A DNA stretch of 10,066 nucleotides, from positions 1 through 10,066 of the IMG/VR virus record IMGVR_UViG_3300032304_001269, one strand, 5' to 3'. Under the pieces are notes generated by a model. That model was not told the DNA's origin, did no database searches, and saw only the letters and a program-made list of their open reading frames with translations. Source of the DNA: a virus (taxonomy: Duplodnaviria; Heunggongvirae; Uroviricota; Caudoviricetes). Numbering within the stretch: the stretch's first letter is position 1; each line of letters begins with the position of its first letter. Shown here one piece after another: positions 4,263 through 10,066 of the stretch. The position numbers were made by a program, and so were the translations under genes.

Positions 4263-4501
4263 GATTTCTCTCCTGCAATCTTATCATCACGGGGGTTGAT
4301 CTTGGCATCAGCACAGATGCCTTCTAGCACAGTGATAGTGCCTTGCCCAGCTTGTTTGACCATGTCTCTCATTCGTTGTTTTTGCGTATGCAAAGACTGT
4401 GTGCATTTGATTTCTTGTGTGAAATAAAAACCATCGCTCTGCATGAACTCACAGTGAGCATTGATGCAGATCCATAACACTGGTATAAAAATTTCAATCA
4501 T
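4259..4501 (-). CDS. Hypothetical Cys-containing protein with hydrophobic N-terminus (80 aa)
   Basis: MIEIFIPVLWICINAHC..., 4 Cys; ATGA coupling at both ends. Confidence 0.75.
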   Translation of the reverse strand: MIEIFIPVLWICINAHCEFMQSDGFYFTQEIKCTQSLHTQKQRMRDMVKQAGQGTITVLEGICADAKINPRDDKIAGEKS

Positions 4502-4719
4502 TGTTCAAGTCCAAAATGTTTTTTAATTGCAAAGGCAAATAATTCTGCTTGATATTGGCCAGCAGATTTTATTTCATAGTCATTGCCCATACTGATACAT
4601 GCCTGAGCACATTCATTAATGACTAGCTCGGCCAACAACTCCATGCGATGCTGACAGTCTTCACTGATATTTTTGTGTAGACCTTTACTGCGCATCAGTT
4701 CTACAATTCGTTCATTCAT
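4498..4719 (-). CDS. Hypothetical protein (73 aa), paralogue B
   Basis: MNERIVEL...LAELVINECA...AIKKHFGLE; GGAG upstream. Confidence 0.85.
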   Translation of the reverse strand: MNERIVELMRSKGLHKNISEDCQHRMELLAELVINECAQACISMGNDYEIKSAGQYQAELFAFAIKKHFGLEQ

Positions 4720-4768
4720 AGTAGATCTCCAACATCCATGCTCGCCACGCCTGTGTGTTTGGCTTCAT
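4712..4768 (-). CDS. 18-aa coupling mini-ORF or gene stub, not in the ORF track
   Basis: MKPNTQAWRAWMLEIYYE*. ATGA overlap with the upstream stop (4765-4768) and 8-nt overlap with the downstream ATG (4712-4719). Confidence 0.5.
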   Translation of the reverse strand: MKPNTQAWRAWMLEIYYE

Positions 4769-4971
4769 ACTGGATGATCCAACCCAAAATAAGCTTCTTT
4801 CAAACTCTGTGCCGCACCTGCGTGACCTGTGTTGATCAGGGTCTGCGCACAGTCTTGAATCATTAACTTAGAGAACTTTTGTGTGTCAAAATGCAGGTGT
4901 CCATCAATCAGCACACCGTTGATATAATGGCTCCAGCACTGTTTTTCAAGTTCTTGAATTCTTTGGTTCAA
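4765..4971 (-). CDS. Hypothetical protein (68 aa, TTG start), paralogue C
   Basis: MNQRIQEL...FSKLMIQDCA...LKEAYFGLD; TTGA overlap with the ligase stop. Confidence 0.8.
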   Translation of the reverse strand: MNQRIQELEKQCWSHYINGVLIDGHLHFDTQKFSKLMIQDCAQTLINTGHAGAAQSLKEAYFGLDHPV

Positions 4972-6287
4972 ATCTTTTCCCCTGCTTTGAAGCCACGGAA
5001 TCTCATGAACCTAGGAAAACGTAGGCTGTAGGTACCGTCTTGATTCTGTGTGACTGCATCTGCTCTGACTTCGATCACCTGCCCAATCAAGCTATCACGA
5101 CTGTCCCAATATTCTCGGCGATCGCTGTCTGTGAATCCAGAGCCTACATTGACCTTGATGAGTTTGTCATCGTCTGTGCCTTCACAGATCACAGCACCTA
5201 ACCTGCCCACATTACGGCCAGTACCTTCTTCTACTGCAACGATCTGAAGACTCACTTCAATGAAAGGCTTTTGTTTGAGCCAAGCCACGCTTCGCTTGCC
5301 TTCCCATTTGCCGTTAGGGTCTTTGATCATTATGCCTTCATAGCCTGCGGCCACTGCCTGTTTGTTGTAGTCACGGAATTCAATTTCATCAGTGAACACA
5401 TCTAGATCAAACTCTCGTTGTGCAATGATCTCAATACAGCCTGAGTCTGCAAACAATTTGGAAAAGTTCTCACGCAGGAAAGCACTTCTACGCCTCTGGC
5501 CCATTGCACTAGCCCCTGCTTTGAACTCAGTCAACGGCACAATATCAAACAACATCAGTCGGGCATCTTGTGCCTGTACGTCACTCTTTCTGTGTACCTG
5601 CTTCATTAGGTCTTGGAACGAGTTTGAAATCACCTCTCCGTCGAACACATAACTGCGTCCCCAATTGTCCATGTTGTCTTCAAAGGCCTTGACGATATGC
5701 GGAAAGTTAACCAATGCTTTGCCATTGCGAGTGTACATGGTAACTGTACGGCTTTCGTAGTCTACCACAGTAAGTACACGCACACCATCTAGCTTGGGCT
5801 CAACCAGTTTCTTGCCTGTGATCTTGCCTTCGTGATTGGCACCATCATGAGCCAGCATGCATTCAAACACAGGCACAGAGTACTGAGGCTTCTTAGACTT
5901 CTTGGCCACGGTGTTCACTGTCTTTTCTGAAACACCACAACGTAGGTCTTTGATAAGAATCCTACGATAAAATCCATTCCATTGTTCTTTAGTAGCCACA
6001 TCCATAGCTAATTTAATAGCATCACGTGCGGCATGACCTGTGAGTGTTCTACGGTAAAGAGCATCTGCAAGTTCTGAGAAGTTAGTCCAGCTCAGGCCCT
6101 GGCCATCTACTTCACTCTCTGGAACCTGCTTGACACCAAAAGTGTGCAATTTGTCCAAACACCAGCGAACTCCTTCAAAGAATTCATCTAGGCCTTCTGT
6201 CATGGCTTCTGCAAGGATAGCTTCTTTGGCCAAACGGCTGTTGTCTGCTTCAAGTCGGGCAATAACTGCTTGTGGTTGTGTTCTCAT
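4968..6287 (-). CDS. lig: ATP-dependent DNA ligase (439 aa)
   Basis: Motif I EPKLDGVR (adenylated Lys), FDGE, FDIV, EGIMIK, WLKQK and OB-domain VGSGFTD...SLRFPRF. AGGAG RBS at 6294-6298. Confidence 0.97.
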   Translation of the reverse strand: MRTQPQAVIARLEADNSRLAKEAILAEAMTEGLDEFFEGVRWCLDKLHTFGVKQVPESEVDGQGLSWTNFSELADALYRRTLTGHAARDAIKLAMDVATKEQWNGFYRRILIKDLRCGVSEKTVNTVAKKSKKPQYSVPVFECMLAHDGANHEGKITGKKLVEPKLDGVRVLTVVDYESRTVTMYTRNGKALVNFPHIVKAFEDNMDNWGRSYVFDGEVISNSFQDLMKQVHRKSDVQAQDARLMLFDIVPLTEFKAGASAMGQRRRSAFLRENFSKLFADSGCIEIIAQREFDLDVFTDEIEFRDYNKQAVAAGYEGIMIKDPNGKWEGKRSVAWLKQKPFIEVSLQIVAVEEGTGRNVGRLGAVICEGTDDDKLIKVNVGSGFTDSDRREYWDSRDSLIGQVIEVRADAVTQNQDGTYSLRFPRFMRFRGFKAGEKI

Positions 6288-6317
6288 CTTCTGCTCCTAA
6301 TCTGTTACAATGCTAAT

Positions 6318-6346
6318 ATTATAGCATCAAACTGTAGAGTTGTCAA
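6318..6346 (-). promoter_or_regulatory. Consensus sigma70-type promoter for the ligase operon
   Basis: TTGACA (6346-6341), N17, TATAAT (6323-6318). The -35 box lies within the last codons of the HNH ORF. Confidence 0.9.
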
Positions 6347-6821
6347 GAGATATATTGTAACTGTCTGCAGTAATCAGCAGGGCTTCTTTTAGAGTTTCGT
6401 CGTTGAAGTTTTGACGTATGATATTTGCCACTTTCGGACGAATGATGCAGTTATCAAATGTCCATTCTCCACCATAGCTTTTTGGTATTATGTGGTCAGC
6501 GTTAACAGTATGAAAATAATCATATTCATAGACGACCTCTGGATCAAGATCTCTAAATTGATTAATCATTTTGTTTGCGCCCCGGCCGTAATCTAAGAGA
6601 TGTCCCCTAAAGCTGACAGGCATCTTTTCAACCCATTGCTCGGGTGTGCCGCCTGACCATTTCTTCATAATAGAATATGCATAGTCATAACGCAGGTCAC
6701 GAGTTTCTGCAACCTTTCTATAACTAGCAGCACACCAATAGGTCTTGCGATCAAACACAGCACCAGTTTGAAGCTGGCGCTGTTGTATCAATCCGTTAAT
6801 TAACTCTGTGTGTTTAAGCAT
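6327..6821 (-). CDS. HNH (beta-beta-alpha-Me) endonuclease (164 aa)
   Basis: DHIIPKSYGG-x5-N-x8-N (D109, H110, N124, N133), no CxxC pairs. 8-nt overlap with the upstream stop. Confidence 0.85.
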   Translation of the reverse strand: MLKHTELINGLIQQRQLQTGAVFDRKTYWCAASYRKVAETRDLRYDYAYSIMKKWSGGTPEQWVEKMPVSFRGHLLDYGRGANKMINQFRDLDPEVVYEYDYFHTVNADHIIPKSYGGEWTFDNCIIRPKVANIIRQNFNDETLKEALLITADSYNISLDNSTV

Positions 6822-8190
6822 TTTTAATCACAGGCATCGTTAATGGAAATACCATTTTGGTTTCTACAGAATAAGGCTGCACTAGTTGTGTTGCATATTC
6901 TTTAGGTAGACGCTGGTTAAGAACAGAGTAAAATCCTTGAGCGATCCACATGTGTTTTGCAATACGTGTAGAGTCTACAGAATAGAACTTAACATTCTTT
7001 TCTTTATCTTCCTTGGTCTTATAAGGAAACTGTTCACTCATCTCGTCTTGGATCTGACGCCAAGCAGGAGTAGATCCCTTGCCGCTGGTCTTGTTAGGCC
7101 ATTGTTCACGCAGAGCATTCATTAACTTAACCTGGAACAAGTCTTTGTCAAAGTCCTTTTCAAAGATCCAGTCCTTATTAAAATAGATTGTTTCAACTAA
7201 CCCGATCAAGTCAGCAGTTTCTAACCGCTTCAACGGCCAGATATACTCGTACCAATCAAGAGCAAGAGTTAAAATATCGTCACTATATGCATTAGTTTCA
7301 AAGATTGCTTTGAGCTGACTGATATTAGAACAAGCTCCTTTAAGGTTCTTTTCTTCCTTGTTCTCGTCATTAACCATACGGAAGTTTCTTTTTAGACTGA
7401 GCTCATTAAAGATCTTAAAGTTGACAAACTCGTCATCACTCTTGCTAAGTTGCATCTGTTTACAAACTTCTGCGTAACTGATCTCAGTGATATCGATTTT
7501 CTTCTTAATACAATAATCTTCAAGGCTTTTCTTAACAACCAATGCATCACTGAGTGCAAGTTCTACTTCAGTAGCACGAAGCTTGCCTTGATTCTCACGC
7601 TTGAACTGACGAAGGTCGTCGATGTCGTCTGAGCTAGGTAATACTTCGTATGCAAATTCTGTTCGACTTACAATACACCCTGCAATACTACGCTGTTGCC
7701 CCTCGTTAACAAACACTCGATTATCTGTAGGATCTAATCGAGCATTGCCGCAGGTAAGACCATCTGGATCCCATCGACGCAGCATTTGCAGAATATGGCG
7801 AGGCTTAGGATTACGTTGACCTCCTTGACCATCTTCACCGTAGTTCAACCAAATATCTCGAATAGGAAGTTTTTCTACACCCTTCAAACGGCTCTTGCGT
7901 TCTTCAAACGGCAGAAGTATTCCGTCAAGAACTCCTGTTGATTTATAATGTGTAAGGACTTCTTCAACTACACGCTGAAGATTTTCGTTTTCTTTGTTGA
8001 TTGGTAATTCAGCTAGAACCTTGTGCTTGTCCATATGTGCATCAAGTTCTGCTTCGCTGAAATCTTGCAGTCGACGTTTGATAGTTGATTTGTCTGTAGG
8101 AATAACTTTGGTTACATCACTGAGCCAAGTACCAAAACTACGGAAGTGATGTTCTTTTTCTACAGGATTGAATGTGTTTGCTGTTGCCAT
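6814..8190 (-). CDS. ParB/Srx-fold (DGQQR/DGQHR-like) domain protein (458 aa)
   Basis: QR(125-126)...W-D...V-F-V-N-E-G-Q-Q-R-S-I-A (GxxRxxA arginine patch, EGQQR at nt 7690-7704), followed by FxxxN. The rest is unassigned. Confidence 0.7.
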   Translation of the reverse strand: MATANTFNPVEKEHHFRSFGTWLSDVTKVIPTDKSTIKRRLQDFSEAELDAHMDKHKVLAELPINKENENLQRVVEEVLTHYKSTGVLDGILLPFEERKSRLKGVEKLPIRDIWLNYGEDGQGGQRNPKPRHILQMLRRWDPDGLTCGNARLDPTDNRVFVNEGQQRSIAGCIVSRTEFAYEVLPSSDDIDDLRQFKRENQGKLRATEVELALSDALVVKKSLEDYCIKKKIDITEISYAEVCKQMQLSKSDDEFVNFKIFNELSLKRNFRMVNDENKEEKNLKGACSNISQLKAIFETNAYSDDILTLALDWYEYIWPLKRLETADLIGLVETIYFNKDWIFEKDFDKDLFQVKLMNALREQWPNKTSGKGSTPAWRQIQDEMSEQFPYKTKEDKEKNVKFYSVDSTRIAKHMWIAQGFYSVLNQRLPKEYATQLVQPYSVETKMVFPLTMPVIKNA

Positions 8191-8230
8191 TTAATTGCCT
8201 TTCGTTGCCTTAAAAATAAATCCTAGCTAT

Positions 8231-8259
8231 AGTATAGTACAGCTAGGGTTATTTGTCAA
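8231..8259 (-). promoter_or_regulatory. sigma70-type promoter for the ParB-fold/HNH pair
   Basis: TTGACA (8259-8254), N17, TATACT (8236-8231). Confidence 0.85.
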
Positions 8260-8267
8260 CCATTTAA

Positions 8268-9416
8268 TTAACCAAAATCAAATAGTGTATCGAATTGGTT
8301 ATCTGCTTGTGCCATAGCGCCGTAATCTGTGCGCTCATGTACTTCACGAGGTACAAACAACCTGTCCATGTATTTTGGAATCTGTTGATGCGTCATTCCA
8401 ATATCCTTGCCAAAGAACAAACCTTGTTGGGCTTCGTTGGCAGGCTTACGCACAGCACAGACACAGACATAGTCACGCTCTGCAAAGAAGTCGTACAGGG
8501 CCTGCGGATCGTATCCATATTGCTTACATTGTTTGGGCACGATCTCAACCTGCACTGCGGGTCTATACTTGTCTATAGTGTCCTTGGCTCCGTGGATGAC
8601 AAATAGTTCTGAACCTTCCACATCTATTTTGATTGTGTCAACATCTTCAAAGGCAAAACTATCAATGGTTCTTGCAGAAACATTGACCACATGCTGAGAC
8701 TTCTTAACATGTGCATCGTCGTAGACTGCAAAGTTATGTCCGCCGTGTTCAGGATGATCCTGAATGCCAATAGTGCCTGTGTTGCGATTGGTTACTGCTA
8801 CTTCATGCACAGTGATCTGTCCATGTAGGTTCATGCTCTGCGGAACGCCTTTCCAGGTAAACCAACCAACTGTTGGTGTTGGATCTCTATGCACATTGCC
8901 TTGACTTTGATCACCCTGCCAGTAGATACCCTGCAGATTGCTTCTCCGAGCTATTTCGATATTGGCTTTCAGCATGGTCAGTGTAGTTGGCGTGGGTTCA
9001 AACGATTCTACGTGTTGTGCCCATTCTGCATAGGCAATGGTATTGTTACCTACATTAGCTCCTACATCTATAATGCGTCTTGCATTGGGATAGATGGTAC
9101 GGATCAATCTGCTGTTGTTGCCTTGATAGTAGACATTGACTCCACTGAACCTAGGTCCTTGTAGATTGTCGATGCTCAACAACCAATAGCATCTTCCAAA
9201 TTTGTTTATCACTAATCTAAACTTTGAATCTTTGTAAAGCCCGCTAGGCTCGTCAAAACCAAATAGGTCTTTGAATTCTTGTTCAGTGACAGTGGCTGTA
9301 ATTAATTGCGGCATACTAGTTCTCCTTCTAATAAATGTTCGCACTGGTTTGTAAATTGAAAACAGACTGTTGAAGATCTGTCGTTTGAGTTGGCGCTGGG
9401 CCTTTGATAGCATCAT
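8268..9416 (-). CDS. FkbM-family SAM-dependent methyltransferase (382 aa from 9416, or 348 aa from 9314)
   Basis: IIDVGANVG (SAM-binding), SFEP, IDSF and IKIDVEGSELxVxxGA motifs; two in-frame ATGs, each with AAGGAG. Confidence 0.92.
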   Translation of the reverse strand: MMLSKAQRQLKRQIFNSLFSIYKPVRTFIRRRTSMPQLITATVTEQEFKDLFGFDEPSGLYKDSKFRLVINKFGRCYWLLSIDNLQGPRFSGVNVYYQGNNSRLIRTIYPNARRIIDVGANVGNNTIAYAEWAQHVESFEPTPTTLTMLKANIEIARRSNLQGIYWQGDQSQGNVHRDPTPTVGWFTWKGVPQSMNLHGQITVHEVAVTNRNTGTIGIQDHPEHGGHNFAVYDDAHVKKSQHVVNVSARTIDSFAFEDVDTIKIDVEGSELFVIHGAKDTIDKYRPAVQVEIVPKQCKQYGYDPQALYDFFAERDYVCVCAVRKPANEAQQGLFFGKDIGMTHQQIPKYMDRLFVPREVHERTDYGAMAQADNQFDTLFDFG

Positions 9417-9434
9417 ATTAGTTCTCCTTCTAAT
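9312..9434. repeat. 21-bp direct repeat (20/21 identical) covering RBS + ATG, at 9312-9332 and 9414-9434
   Basis: Minus strand ATTAGAAGGAGAACTA(A/G)TATG twice, 102 nt (34 codons) apart. Confidence 0.9.
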
Positions 9435-9450
9435 CAGTTTCTGCTATCAG

Positions 9451-9458
9451 TACTTATA
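9451..9458 (-). promoter_or_regulatory. Possible late promoter variant TATAAGTA upstream of the methyltransferase
   Basis: One mismatch to the T4 late consensus TATAAATA; followed by CTG like the other boxes. Confidence 0.5.
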
Positions 9459-9469
9459 CACTAGAGACA

Positions 9470-9489
9470 CTGCCTTAAATTTAATGCAG
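9470..9489. other. Imperfect 20-bp palindrome right after the HNH stop
   Basis: CTGCCTTAAA|TTTAATGCAG has one mismatched pair and no U-tract. Confidence 0.45.
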
Positions 9490-10002
9490 CTATCCCAAAT
9501 AATCTGCCCAGCTAGTATGTTGCAGGTGATATCCTCGAGCTCGACGCTTGGCAACTAGATCCCAAAATGTAGGTTTGTAAGGCATGATCTTTGGCTTCAT
9601 CTTGCCTACATGTGCTGCTTTCTTGTAGTTACAGGTCTTGCAGGCAGTGGTAGAGTTTTCCCAAGTGGTCTTGCCGCCCAGACTCACCGGATGCACGTGA
9701 TCCAATGTGGCTGTGACTTCTGTGACTGTTGTGCCACAGTACTGGCAGGCATAGGCATCACGCAGAAATATGTTGCGTTTACTCAACCTCATAGTATGCT
9801 TGGGTTTTTGATATGTGGTCAGCATGATCACAGCAGGTACACGGGTCTGCCATCTGGCACTGTGGACGATCCAATCTTCATACCATTCTAGGACTTTGAC
9901 CTTGTCCAGAACCATATATCGTATGGATTCCTGCCAATCTACCACACTCAAGGGTAATAGGCTTACAGGTTGCATGTCTGCGTTTAACAATAGTGTTGCC
10001 AT
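9490..10002 (-). CDS. McrA-like zinc-binding HNH endonuclease (170 aa)
   Basis: LLLNADxxP N-domain; NIFLRDxYxCQYCG...LDHVHPVSLGG...WEN...ACxxCNxKK. Confidence 0.95.
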   Translation of the reverse strand: MATLLLNADMQPVSLLPLSVVDWQESIRYMVLDKVKVLEWYEDWIVHSARWQTRVPAVIMLTTYQKPKHTMRLSKRNIFLRDAYACQYCGTTVTEVTATLDHVHPVSLGGKTTWENSTTACKTCNYKKAAHVGKMKPKIMPYKPTFWDLVAKRRARGYHLQHTSWADYLG

Positions 10003-10025
10003 TTCGAGAAACTTCTTTAAATTTA

Positions 10026-10031
10026 TATTTA
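10026..10031 (-). promoter_or_regulatory. Possible late promoter TAAATA (overlapping TATAAATT) upstream of the HNH gene
   Basis: Minus strand ggtTAAATAtaaatt, 23 nt from the ATG at 10002. Confidence 0.5.
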
Positions 10032-10066
10032 ACCAATGAATTAATCACAGTGTTCATTATACACTC

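Noticed and set aside
4968-6287. Intein or intron in the ligase given the nearby HNH genes
   Set aside because: The ORF is continuous, of normal length, with all motifs in order; no intein splice motifs seen.
5050-7819. Plus-strand ORFs 5050-5247, 5392-5652, 6411-6596, 6937-7125, 7450-7632, 7622-7819
   Set aside because: Antisense shadows of the ligase, HNH and ParB-fold genes.
8295-10039. ORFs 8295-8606, 8375-8578, 8889-9164, 9370-9558, 9610-9891 (+) and 9815-10039 (-)
   Set aside because: Shadows of the FkbM and HNH genes; no independent signals.
10056-10061. TATAAT on the minus strand at the window edge
   Set aside because: The -35 position falls outside the window and there is no TGn extension, so it cannot be supported here.

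Overview
This window looks like an accessory/early region of a large lytic dsDNA phage. It is T4-like in its regulation, with three consensus sigma70 promoters and several TAAATA late-type boxes. It has no rRNA, tRNA, CRISPR array or transposase. Reading the minus strand from the right, it encodes an McrA-type HNH endonuclease, an FkbM-family SAM methyltransferase with a duplicated translation-start cassette, and an AT-rich two-gene cassette (ParB/Srx-fold EGQQR protein plus HNH nuclease). After that come an ATP-dependent DNA ligase and a chain of translationally coupled small ORFs. That chain includes three paralogues of one small family, several membrane peptides and a TraR/DksA C4 zinc-finger protein. 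A short plus-strand operon (1333-3212) encodes a lipoprotein, a putative capsid-internal protein and a YqgE/AlgH (DUF179) protein. A roughly 400-bp non-coding element (295-686) holds 10 GANTC sites, short tandem duplications, hairpins and flanking GCAGCGGGGCC repeats. The best candidates for undescribed biology are (1) the ParB-fold + HNH cassette next to FkbM and ligase, (2) the GANTC-dense intergenic element, (3) the duplicated RBS/start of the methyltransferase and (4) the divergent leaderless TAAATA promoter pair with mutually exclusive hairpins. All family calls come from motif recognition by eye. No database search was run.
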